From contig PUMP01000048.1 of assembly GCA_003551425.1 (NCBI GenBank), positions 2,825-66,824 of the forward strand: DNA of 64,000 bases, read 5' to 3'. Position numbers and translations under genes: made by a program. Positions 46,237 through 54,682 of the stretch are shown one piece after another. The notes under the pieces were generated by a model. That model saw only the letters and a list, made by a program, of their open reading frames with translations, searched no databases and had not been told where the DNA came from. The stretch comes from Candidatus Nealsonbacteria bacterium (GTDB lineage: Bacteria; Patescibacteriota; Minisyncoccia; Minisyncoccales; PWPS01). The number at the start of each line of letters is the position of its first letter. Position 1 is the stretch's first letter.

Positions 46237-47160
46237 ATGAAAAAAATAAAAGACATATTAGACAGTTTTCTAATACAAGCGCAAACTGATAATCTTACAA
46301 CTGGCTCATATCCCAAAGAGTATAATGATTTAAAAATGAAAGTTTCTTTTGGAATGGGGATGCCCGCAAGAGTTCCCTGGGTTGCTTTTATTGTTCCGGA
46401 AATGCAGGTCAGTAAAGGTTTTTATCCTGTTTATTTGTATTATAAGAGCATGAATACTCTTATTCTTGCTTATGGCGTAAGTGAAACATCAGAGTTTGAT
46501 AAAACTTGGCCAGCAGAAATAATGAACTCAACTTCCACCATAGAAGGATTTTTTAATCAAGAAGTTCCCAGATATGGAGATTCTTTTGTTTTTAGAGTTT
46601 ATAAAATTAAAATAGAAAATAGAGAAGTTATTTATTCTTCTGAAGGAAATGAAGATATTTCTAGTCACGATCTCGAATCTGATTTAAATACTATTTTGGA
46701 TTACTACAAGAAAGTTGTTTTAGTTGATGCTAAGGAGAAGAGTTCTGCAATGAGTCAAGGACTATTCTACATGGAGAAACAATTAGAAGATTTTATTATT
46801 CAAAATTGGGAGAATACTGAATTAGGAAAAAAATTTGATTTAATAATTGAAGATGGAGAACTAGTAAGCCAACAGTATAGAACTGATATTGGACAGATAG
46901 ATATATTAGCAAAAGAAAGAGGAAAAGAAGGCTTTGTTGTTATTGAACTAAAGAAAGATCAGACAAGTGATGATACTATAGGACAATTGGCTCGTTATAT
47001 GGGTTGGGTCAAAAGACACAAGAGAGACGAGGGAGTGAAAGGAGTCGTTATTGCTGGACATTATGACAAAAAACTAGACTATGCTCAAGAGATGATGCCA
47101 AATATAGAAGTTTTTCTATATGAGGTAGATTTTAAACTTAAAAAATTTGGGGAAAATTAG
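46237..47160 (+). CDS. MrcB_N (DUF3578)-like N-terminal domain fused to DUF91/NucS-like PD-(D/E)XK nuclease; putative modification-dependent (type IV-like) restriction enzyme
   Basis: The N-terminus (ILDSFL..A.T.NL.TGSYPKEY..L.MKVSFGMG..ARVPWVAFI...SKGFYPVYLYY) matches the McrB N-terminal domain family pattern. The C-terminus (LEDFIIQNWE...IDILAKERGKEGFVVIELKKD...DTIGQLARYMGWV) matches the DUF91/NucS nuclease (D...ELK). Confidence 0.55.
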   Translation: MKKIKDILDSFLIQAQTDNLTTGSYPKEYNDLKMKVSFGMGMPARVPWVAFIVPEMQVSKGFYPVYLYYKSMNTLILAYGVSETSEFDKTWPAEIMNSTSTIEGFFNQEVPRYGDSFVFRVYKIKIENREVIYSSEGNEDISSHDLESDLNTILDYYKKVVLVDAKEKSSAMSQGLFYMEKQLEDFIIQNWENTELGKKFDLIIEDGELVSQQYRTDIGQIDILAKERGKEGFVVIELKKDQTSDDTIGQLARYMGWVKRHKRDEGVKGVVIAGHYDKKLDYAQEMMPNIEVFLYEVDFKLKKFGEN

Positions 47161-47269
47161 CTCTCTTCTAGTCGAAGAACTTGGCTTTTTAAAAATTATT
47201 TATAGCAAATTGCAGCCCTAAGTTTGTCCACTGTGGTCAATATGTTTAAATTCAGAAAACCATAAAGAT

Positions 47270-47806
47270 ATGCCCTATTTTGCAATTTTTATATTGATTA
47301 TTTTTTCTATACCGGCTGTAATCTTGATTTTTACTTTTTTTATATTGATTTCAAATTTTGTTAGAGAAAAAGAGAAAAAAGAAATTTTGCTCCCTTACAG
47401 AAAAAGAAACTCTCTACTATCGTTTCAAGAAAAAAAATTTTATAAAGTAATAGATAAAATAGCAGAAGACAATAATTATTTATTGTTTACAAAGGTGAGA
47501 TTGGAAGATTTATTTTGGATTCCAAAAAACATCTCTTCAAAAGAAAGATTTGGTTTGCGTAATAGAATTAAGTCTCGTCATGTTGATTTTTTGATTTGTA
47601 ATAAGGATAAAATTACTCCAATTTTAGGAATAGAGCTTGACGATTGGAGCCATGCAAGTCGTAAAGCAAAAGAAAAAGACAAATTTATTAATAAAGTTTT
47701 TACTAGCGCAAAACTTCCACTTTTAAGAATTGAAACCCAAAAATTCTACAACCCAGAATTAATTCTTGAAGAAATCAAAAACAAGACGGTAAAAACCAAA
47801 AAATAA
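47270..47806 (+). CDS. DUF2726-domain protein (restriction-endonuclease-like fold) with N-terminal TM
   Basis: EKKFYKVI....NNYLLFTKVRL....HVDFLIC.KD...ILGIELDDWSH....KDKFINKVF..AKLPLLRI matches the DUF2726 pattern. Confidence 0.5.
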   Translation: MPYFAIFILIIFSIPAVILIFTFFILISNFVREKEKKEILLPYRKRNSLLSFQEKKFYKVIDKIAEDNNYLLFTKVRLEDLFWIPKNISSKERFGLRNRIKSRHVDFLICNKDKITPILGIELDDWSHASRKAKEKDKFINKVFTSAKLPLLRIETQKFYNPELILEEIKNKTVKTKK

Positions 47807-47829
47807 AAACAATTAAAAAATAAAAAATT

Positions 47830-48090
47830 ATGGCATTAGTAAATTGTTCTGACTGCGGAAAAGAAATATCAGATAATGCAATAAAATGTGGTAATTGTGG
47901 AAATCAAAATACACCGGGGGAAAAGGGGGAAGAAAAAGAGCTTAAATCGAATATGACGAAACTTGCAGTTCTTTTTTCCATCCCTTTTTCATTAATTCTT
48001 ATTTTTTTGGCCTTACTTACTGGAGATTTTTTAATAATAGTGTTTGCAATTATTTTCGTAATAGGATTAATTATTATTGCAGCAAAATAA
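47830..48090 (+). CDS. zinc-ribbon (CxxC...CxxC) small membrane protein
   Basis: MALVNCSDCGKEISDNAIKCGNCGN followed by a C-terminal TM helix. Confidence 0.5.
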   Translation: MALVNCSDCGKEISDNAIKCGNCGNQNTPGEKGEEKELKSNMTKLAVLFSIPFSLILIFLALLTGDFLIIVFAIIFVIGLIIIAAK

Positions 48091-48220
48091 ACGAAGAAAA
48101 AATTAAAGAAATAAAAAAATAAACGATAATACTCTTTTGGTTGAGGAAATTTTTAAAGTGTTATGGTTCTAGCATCGTTCACTGTAGCCAGCATTCTTGT
48201 GCTAGTGACCGAGACGGGTA

Positions 48221-48255
48221 AGCCCTGAGATTTATTTTCAGGGTTTTTGTTTTAT
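48221..48255 (+). terminator. intrinsic terminator
   Basis: CCCTGAGAtttattTTCAGGG followed by TTTTTGTTTTAT. Confidence 0.6.
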
Positions 48256-48271
48256 GGTAAAATAAAATAAT

Positions 48272-48853
48272 ATGGCAAAAATAATACTGGCGACAACTTC
48301 TCCTTATCGAAAAAAGATATTTGAGACCTTAGGGATTCCTTTTGAAGTAGAGGGGAGCAATGTTGATGAATCGCAACTGGAAAGAAATAATCCGGAAGAA
48401 TTGGTTAAAGAGCTGGCAAAGCTGAAAGCGGAAGCAGTCGCTAGAAACCATAATGATGCCATTGTAATTGGATTTGATTCGGTTGGATACTTTAACGGAA
48501 AATTTCTTGAAAAACCAAAATCAAAAGAAGAGGCGTTTGAGAGACTGCAGTCTCTTTCGGGAGGAAACCATCAGCACTATACTGGAATTTATATAATAAA
48601 CACAAAGTCCGATAAAACGATTTCCGGCGTTGATAAGGCTGATATTTTCATGCGGGATTATTCGGACAAGGAGATAGAAGAATATCTTAAGCAGGGTTCC
48701 GAATTTAACCGCTTTGCGCTCGGGTACGACACAGAAAAGCAGATCAGCGCCTCATTTATTCAAAAGATAGAAGGAAATCATCTTAATTTAAAAGGCATTC
48801 CTTTGTCGGTCTTGGTCGAGATGTTAAGAGAAATCGGATATAAACAACAATAA
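48272..48853 (+). CDS. maf: Maf-family nucleoside triphosphate pyrophosphatase
   Basis: ILATTSPYRK..F..LGIPFEV, VIGFDSV, and the C-terminal GYD pattern of Maf/YhdE. Confidence 0.85.
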   Translation: MAKIILATTSPYRKKIFETLGIPFEVEGSNVDESQLERNNPEELVKELAKLKAEAVARNHNDAIVIGFDSVGYFNGKFLEKPKSKEEAFERLQSLSGGNHQHYTGIYIINTKSDKTISGVDKADIFMRDYSDKEIEEYLKQGSEFNRFALGYDTEKQISASFIQKIEGNHLNLKGIPLSVLVEMLREIGYKQQ

Positions 48854-48887
48854 TATAATTTAGTTGTGAATACTTGTATTGCAAAAA

Positions 48888-48914
48888 AACAGCCGAGGAG
48901 AGCCTCGGTTTTTG
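48888..48914 (+). terminator. intrinsic terminator
   Basis: CCGAGGagagCCTCGG followed by TTTTTG. Confidence 0.55.
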
Positions 48915-48995
48915 CTTAATAAGTAGATTTGGGGTAGAATATAGAAGATAATTAAACATATTTATGGGAGAAATAAAAAATAATAATTTATAAAT

Positions 48996-49454
48996 ATGGA
49001 TGATGAAATTACAATTTTAGAACTTAAAAAAATATTGCAGAAATTTAAAGAAGATAGAAACTGGGGGCAATTTCATGATCCTAAAAATTTAGCTGAAGCC
49101 ATATCAATCGAAGCAGGGGAATTACAAGAAAAATTTCTTTGGAGAACAGTTCCCGGAATTTTGGAAAAGTTGAAAAATGATAAAGAGTATAAAAAAGAGG
49201 TAGAAGATGAGTTCGCAGATATAGTAATATTTTGTTTAAATTTTGCAAATGCTACTGACATAGATATCTCTAAGGTGATAAAAGAAAAAATTAAAAAAAA
49301 CAATAAAAAATATCCCCCGGAAAAGGCAATGGGTGTTTCTGAAAAGTATAATAAACTATTATTGTTTATCAATCTACAAAAAAGGGTTTCAGTGAAGATG
49401 TTATTACTAATAGAATTGAAGAAGCAATTCTTGATATTTTTCAAAAAAAAATAG
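48996..49454 (+). CDS. MazG-like nucleotide pyrophosphohydrolase (all-alpha NTP-PPase)
   Basis: R.WGQFHDPKNLA.AISIEAGEL.E.F.W......E......EVEDEFADIVIF matches the small MazG/YpjD-type core. The metal-binding E..E and E..D residues are present. Confidence 0.6.
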   Translation: MDDEITILELKKILQKFKEDRNWGQFHDPKNLAEAISIEAGELQEKFLWRTVPGILEKLKNDKEYKKEVEDEFADIVIFCLNFANATDIDISKVIKEKIKKNNKKYPPEKAMGVSEKYNKLLLFINLQKRVSVKMLLLIELKKQFLIFFKKK

Positions 49455-49498
49455 GGAGGAGCACCTCTCCTGGTGAAGTTAATGCCTGGAAGAATTCC

Positions 49499-51211
49499 AT
49501 GATGTATATGGAAAACGTACTAAAAGATAATGAAATTCCAGAAGATTGTGGGGTTATGATTGAGTATCAGATACCTCAAACCGCGAAAAGAATAGATTTT
49601 ATATTAACTGGTCAAAATGATAAAAAAATTGATCATGCGGTTATTGTAGAGCTTAAACAATGGGAGTTTGCGGAAATAACAGAGATGGATGGTATTGTTT
49701 CCACTTTTGTAGGCAAAGCTATTCGGCCAGAACCACACCCCTCTTATCAGGCCTGGTCTTATGCTTCACTTTTAAATAATTTTAATGAGGCTGTTTATAG
49801 TGGCAATATTCAACTAAAACCCTGTGCTTATCTTCACAATTATAAAGAGCGAGATGCAATAGTAGATAATTTTTATAGCGAATATATTAAAAAAGCACCC
49901 CTTTTTTTAAGAAATGATTCATTAAAATTACGTTCATTTATTAAGAGATTTGTTAAGTATGGAGATAAGGGAAAAGTTATGTACGAAATTGAGAGTGGGA
50001 GAATAAGACCATCTAAGGGTCTTGCAGATAGTTTAGAAGGTATGTTAAGGGGAAACCAAGAGTTTGTAATGGTTGATGATCAGAAAATAGTTTATGAGAG
50101 GGCGTTACATTTAGCAAAGAAATCGAGTGATAGAAACAAGAAAGTCTTTATTATTGAGGGAGGTCCAGGCACGGGAAAATCTGTGGTAGCGATAAATTTA
50201 TTAGTTGAACTAACAAAACAAAAATTAGTAACACAGTATGTTTCAAAAAATGCAGCGCCCCGAACTGTTTATTGTAATAAGCTTACAGGCAAACACAAAA
50301 AAACGGAAATAGCAAATTTGTTTACGGGATCTGGTAGTTTTGTAAATGCAGAGGAAAATGTTTTTGATACTTTAATAGTAGATGAAGCTCATAGGCTGAA
50401 TGAAAGATCAGGACTATATGCTAATCTCGGAGAAAACCAGATAAAAGAACTGATTAACGCAGCAAAATGTACTGTCTTTTTTATTGACGAGGATCAAAAA
50501 GTGACTTTTAAGGACATCGGAGAAAAAGAAGAGATAATAAAGTGGGCAAAAATGCAAGGCGCCGACATTTACGAAGATAGTTTAGTGTCACAATTTAGGT
50601 GTAATGGATCGGATGGATATTTGGCTTGGCTTGATAATGCCTTACAAATTAGAGAGACTGCAAATAAGACACTTCAAGGTATAAATTTTGATTTTCGTAT
50701 TGTAGACTCCCCAAACAAACTCAGAGATTTGATTTTTGAAAAAAATAAAATAAACAATAAAGCAAGGTTGGTGGCAGGTTATTGCTGGGACTGGATAAGT
50801 AAAAAGGACAAAAACCTGCATGACATAGAATTTCCAGAATATAATTTTAGAATGAAATGGAACTTAGCTACAGAGGGAAGTCTTTGGATTGTATCGCCAA
50901 AATCAATCAATGAAGTTGGTTGTATTCATACTTGTCAAGGATTAGAGCTTGATTATATTGGAGTTATTGTAGGAAAAGATATGATTGTAAGAGATGGAGA
51001 GGTTTTAGTTGATCCAAGAGAGCGGGCTAAGACAGATGCTTCATTAAAAGGTTATAAAAAATTATTAGAAGAAGATGAAAAAGCTACGAAAGAAAAAGTA
51101 AGAAAAATAATCAAAAATACTTATCGAACCTTAATGACACGAGGAATGAAGGGGTGTTATGTCTATTTTGTGGATAAAGAAACAGAAGATTATTTTCGAA
51201 GTAGTGTTTAA
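49499..51211 (+). CDS. DUF2075-type protein: N-terminal PD-(D/E)XK nuclease-like domain + SF1 helicase/ATPase (Schlafen-like)
   Basis: The N-terminus (RIDFILTGQ...AVIVELKQW) is D...ELK. Walker A GGPGTGKS; DEAH-like IVDEAHRL; C-terminal GCIHTCQGLELDYIGVIVG resembles UvrD_C_2/motif VI. It starts 45 bp downstream of the MazG-like gene. Confidence 0.65.
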   Translation: MMYMENVLKDNEIPEDCGVMIEYQIPQTAKRIDFILTGQNDKKIDHAVIVELKQWEFAEITEMDGIVSTFVGKAIRPEPHPSYQAWSYASLLNNFNEAVYSGNIQLKPCAYLHNYKERDAIVDNFYSEYIKKAPLFLRNDSLKLRSFIKRFVKYGDKGKVMYEIESGRIRPSKGLADSLEGMLRGNQEFVMVDDQKIVYERALHLAKKSSDRNKKVFIIEGGPGTGKSVVAINLLVELTKQKLVTQYVSKNAAPRTVYCNKLTGKHKKTEIANLFTGSGSFVNAEENVFDTLIVDEAHRLNERSGLYANLGENQIKELINAAKCTVFFIDEDQKVTFKDIGEKEEIIKWAKMQGADIYEDSLVSQFRCNGSDGYLAWLDNALQIRETANKTLQGINFDFRIVDSPNKLRDLIFEKNKINNKARLVAGYCWDWISKKDKNLHDIEFPEYNFRMKWNLATEGSLWIVSPKSINEVGCIHTCQGLELDYIGVIVGKDMIVRDGEVLVDPRERAKTDASLKGYKKLLEEDEKATKEKVRKIIKNTYRTLMTRGMKGCYVYFVDKETEDYFRSSV

Positions 51212-51273
51212 ATAATTTAATATCAATGATAATGAAGGATATATTATCATATAAGGATATTAATAAATAAAAT

Positions 51274-51402
51274 ATGAAAAAAATAGTTCTATTAGTTATA
51301 TTTTTATTGATAGCGGGAGGTGGTTTTTTCTTCTATAGATCACATAATTACTGCAACAGGATGTATTGCAAAGCCGTAAAAAGCCCTAGAATTAAACTAT
51401 AA
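51274..51402 (+). CDS. possible small membrane peptide (42 aa, [21 protein letters not shown]...)
   Basis: Short ORF with one TM helix; weak ribosome-binding context. Confidence 0.2.
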   Translation: MKKIVLLVIFLLIAGGGFFFYRSHNYCNRMYCKAVKSPRIKL

Positions 51403-51404
51403 AT

Positions 51405-52034
51405 ATGAACAATAAATTTTACTCTCTACCGGATTTACCCTACGGTTATAAAGATTTAGAGCCCTATATCTCGGAAGAGCAACTAAGTATTCATCATCAA
51501 AAACATCACCAAGCATACGTAAATGGTGCTAACACTGTTTTTGAAAGATTGGAAAAATCTAGGAAAGAGGGGAGTGATCTGGACATGAAAGCGACTCTCA
51601 AAGAGCTGTCCTTTCATGTAAGCGGTCATGTTTTACACTCTCTTTTTTGGCAAAATATGGCTTCTTCAAAAAAAGAAGGTGGAGGAGAGCCCTCCGGTCG
51701 GCTTGGAGAAATAATAAACGATGAATTTGGGAGCTTTGACAGATTCAAGCAAGAATTCACTAAAGCCGCCATCTCTATTGAAGGTTCCGGATGGGTAGCT
51801 TTAACACTGGACAAGGAAAGTGGAAGACCGATGATAATGCAAATTGAAAAGCATAATTTAAATTTGTATCCCGGATTTTCCCTTTTATTGGTATTTGATT
51901 TTTGGGAACACGCTTATTACCTGGATTACAAAAACGAGAAAAATAAGTTTATTGAAGCTTTTTGGCAGATTGTTAATTGGGAGGCCGCTGATAAGAGATT
52001 AAACAGATTCGACGACAAACTTGCACACTCTTAA
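51405..52034 (+). CDS. sodA: Fe/Mn superoxide dismutase
   Basis: LP.L.Y....LEP.IS......HH.KHH..YV N-terminus, and the D....WEHAYY C-terminal metal-binding motif. Confidence 0.85.
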   Translation: MNNKFYSLPDLPYGYKDLEPYISEEQLSIHHQKHHQAYVNGANTVFERLEKSRKEGSDLDMKATLKELSFHVSGHVLHSLFWQNMASSKKEGGGEPSGRLGEIINDEFGSFDRFKQEFTKAAISIEGSGWVALTLDKESGRPMIMQIEKHNLNLYPGFSLLLVFDFWEHAYYLDYKNEKNKFIEAFWQIVNWEAADKRLNRFDDKLAHS

Positions 52035-52068
52035 TCTTGTAAAAGCCGGAAGAAGAACAAAAACAAAA

Positions 52069-53319
52069 CTAAATTCTCTCCAGTATCTCCTTAATAGTTT
52101 TCATTTTTTTGTTCTCCAGGTCTTCCTCTTTTATATTTTGAGAAACAAAAAGAGCGGTAAGAGGCTTTGTTTCTTTTCTCTTGTATTTACCGGGATAAGT
52201 ACTCTCCAAGTCTTTTTCCAAAATAAAGATCTCTCTTTTCTTTAGTTCTTCTATTTTATTATTCATACCGGTTTTCTTTCCGAAGGAGGGAAACTTTTTA
52301 ATCTTTTGAAGAGAGCTTGAGTTTAAAGCGTCACGATCGAGCATTACCGCGTAAGGAATTTGAAAGGTTTCACAAAGACTGGCGTAAATATCTACAGATC
52401 CCTTTCCACTCGTATATACAACCTTTATGTTCTTATTTTTTCTATAGAAACGGTTGATCATTTCTCGCATAAAGATGCGGTCGGAAACTCCCTCTACAAG
52501 AAGCACTTTGTCTGAGAAAAGCATTCCGGAGTTATCGTCATTGATCTCTTGTATAAAGCGCGTTATATCCACCTTTTTCTTGGAGAAACCGCAGAGAGAA
52601 GTGCTTCCTTCTTCATTTCTGAAAATACGCCATGTCTTGGGGAGGTATTTTGCTTGCACGAAAGTAGGATGATGAGTGGTAAGAAAGATTTGTTTTTTTA
52701 ATTTTTTTTCGTTTAAAATACTAAGAAACTTTTTTATCACGGAAGGATGAAGATCGATGGAAGGTTCGTCTATAAGAATTACCTTATACTGAGGGTGGAA
52801 GATATAAAAAAGGATTACGAAAAGACGCTTGAATCCGGAACCTATTCTTTTTGCCGATCTTTCTTTCTTGTCGGCATATACATTGGAGAGAAAAAGCTTT
52901 TCGCTTATCTCTACGTCCCTGAAGTTTCTTCTCAAAGAAGAGGAAAACTCTTTATAGTCCTGAGGATAATCTTTTTTAAAGCTCTTTATTTTCTTTGCTA
53001 CTTGATAATAATCTTGAGAGCTGTCGATTCTGATAAAATACTTTCTAAAATCTTGATCGGAAGAGGAATATTGACCGTGCCGATAGGAAAGGTTGTGATC
53101 TTTGCCTTTGTGGGTTAAAATGAGTTCAAGATCGGCGTCTTTGTCAGAAAATCTTTCCGGATCGGTATTATCATCGAAAAAAAGATGAATAGCGTCAAGG
53201 ATGTTCGTTTTTCCGGCATTATTGGACCCTACAAGAATTTGAAAGTCAGAGATTTCCCTAATGTGCATGGCATCTTTAATGCTTTTGTAGTGATTTATGG
53301 TTATTTCTTTTATTTTCAT
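52069..53319 (-). CDS. OLD-family (overcoming lysogenization defect) ATPase-Toprim nuclease / fused PARIS(AriAB)-like
   Basis: The N-terminus is IKEITINHYKSI...ILVGSNNAGKTNILDAI (ABC-type Walker A). Walker B is ILIDEPSIDLHP. The C-terminal Toprim has LLVEGVSD and ...MLDRD. Confidence 0.65.
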   Translation of the reverse strand: MKIKEITINHYKSIKDAMHIREISDFQILVGSNNAGKTNILDAIHLFFDDNTDPERFSDKDADLELILTHKGKDHNLSYRHGQYSSSDQDFRKYFIRIDSSQDYYQVAKKIKSFKKDYPQDYKEFSSSLRRNFRDVEISEKLFLSNVYADKKERSAKRIGSGFKRLFVILFYIFHPQYKVILIDEPSIDLHPSVIKKFLSILNEKKLKKQIFLTTHHPTFVQAKYLPKTWRIFRNEEGSTSLCGFSKKKVDITRFIQEINDDNSGMLFSDKVLLVEGVSDRIFMREMINRFYRKNKNIKVVYTSGKGSVDIYASLCETFQIPYAVMLDRDALNSSSLQKIKKFPSFGKKTGMNNKIEELKKREIFILEKDLESTYPGKYKRKETKPLTALFVSQNIKEEDLENKKMKTIKEILERI

Positions 53320-53333
53320 AGAATATTTTAATT

Positions 53334-54119
53334 ATGAATTATTTAAACTTTGCGGTAGAAACCGCGGAAAGAGCAGGGAAAGTGTTATATGATTCTTTTC
53401 GCATAAAAAGCGCAAAGAAAAGAGGAACAAGCAAAGAAGTAAAAAGTACTTTTGACAGGGTGGCGGATGATATTATTATAAGTTCCATAGAAAACAGTTT
53501 TCCCACTTACTCTTATTTTACCGAAGAAACAGGATTTGTAAAAAAAGATGACTCCCTGGTATGGGTTGTTGACCCTCTTGACGGAACCGGTAACTTTGAG
53601 AGTCATAATCCTTTCTTTTCGGTAGCGATATCTTTATGGAAAGAAGGGGAGCCGGTCGTAAGCGTTATTGAAGCTCCCGCACTGCAGGAAAGATTTTTAG
53701 CTGTAAGGAACGAAGGTGCTTTTCTTATTGATTGCAAAAGTAAAAGAAAAAAGCAAGTCAATGTTTCTTTGGTAGAGAAAAGTCAAGACGCTTACGTTGT
53801 TTTTTGTGAAGGAGGTGAAAAAGATAAGAAGCGTATTGTAGAATTTCTTTCTCGTATTTATACGAGCTCTAAAGATCTTAGAAAAATAGGATCTGCATCT
53901 CTTGAGCTCGCTTTCTTGGGAGCGGGGAGAGTAGACGGTTATATTACGTTTCAAATACCGTTCTATGATTTGGCGGCAGGACTTCTTTTTTTACAAGAGG
54001 CGGGAGGGTTGTTTTACAATTTTCAAGGAGAAAAGCTTTCTTTTAAAGACTTTCAAATAAACAAAAGTTTTGACTTTATAGCGGACAATGGAAAGATTGG
54101 GCTTGAAAGACTTGCATAA
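53334..54119 (+). CDS. inositol monophosphatase family protein (SuhB-like)
   Basis: WVVDPLDGTGNF and the IMPase fold motifs. Confidence 0.8.
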   Translation: MNYLNFAVETAERAGKVLYDSFRIKSAKKRGTSKEVKSTFDRVADDIIISSIENSFPTYSYFTEETGFVKKDDSLVWVVDPLDGTGNFESHNPFFSVAISLWKEGEPVVSVIEAPALQERFLAVRNEGAFLIDCKSKRKKQVNVSLVEKSQDAYVVFCEGGEKDKKRIVEFLSRIYTSSKDLRKIGSASLELAFLGAGRVDGYITFQIPFYDLAAGLLFLQEAGGLFYNFQGEKLSFKDFQINKSFDFIADNGKIGLERLA

Positions 54120-54177
54120 ATTGAAAATTTGAATATAATTTTAAAAAAGGTCGGTTTTAAATTTTAAAAAAAATTAT

Positions 54178-54411
54178 ATGGATAACAAGAAAATTCTTAT
54201 TGCGGTTGTATTGGTGTTAGCCGTAGTAGTTCTTGTAGGAGTTGTTTCTTTGGGCCCTGAGGAACCCATTGATCCTGAATTAGAGCTTGACCCCGAATTA
54301 GAGCTTGACCCTGAATTAGAGCTTGACGACCCTGAAGACGTAGAAGAAGAGGAAGAGGAAGAAGAGGAAGAAGAGGAAGAAGAGGAAGAAGAGGAAGAGG
54401 AAGAGCTATAA
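54178..54411 (+). CDS. membrane-anchored acidic repeat protein (PELELD x3 + poly-Glu tail)
   Basis: N-terminal TM (ILIAVVLVLAVVVLVGVV), then 18-bp repeat-encoded hexapeptides, then 30 consecutive Glu. Confidence 0.5.
   Translation: MDNKKILIAVVLVLAVVVLVGVVSLGPEEPIDPELELDPELELDPELELDDPEDVEEEEEEEEEEEEEEEEEEEEEL
54274..54405 (+). repeat. 18-bp tandem repeat x3 (CCTGAATTAGAGCTTGAC) followed by GAA/GAG microsatellite
   Basis: Copies at 54274, 54292 and 54310. The (GAR)n tract runs 54340-54405. Confidence 0.8.
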
Positions 54412-54440
54412 AGGACTAAAATATTAGCTTTATTTTAAGA

Positions 54441-54472
54441 GAACCCCTTTTATTGAGGGGTTTTCTTTTTTC
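54441..54472 (+). terminator. intrinsic terminator
   Basis: AACCCCttttattgAGGGGTT followed by TTCTTTTTTCTT. Confidence 0.55.
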
Positions 54473-54682
54473 TTAAGGAGGTTATAATTGTAATTAATAT
54501 GTTTATTGCTTCACTTATTCTTCTTGTTATCGCTTTTGCTTTCTTTCTGTTGGCCTTTTTTACCGTAAAGTCGCACCTAAAAAAAGAGATTGTTGAGCAT
54601 AATATCTTTCCTCCCTCTGCTTTTCCTTTGTTTTCTTGGATTGGAGTTTTACTTTTTTTAATTTCCCTCATTTTTCTTATTC

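Noticed and set aside
48120-48260. Possible small RNA (SRP/4.5S-like) in the intergenic region before maf
   Set aside because: No conserved SRP domain-IV motif (GGAAGCAGCC-like). The region is explained by a simple hairpin terminator for the upstream gene.
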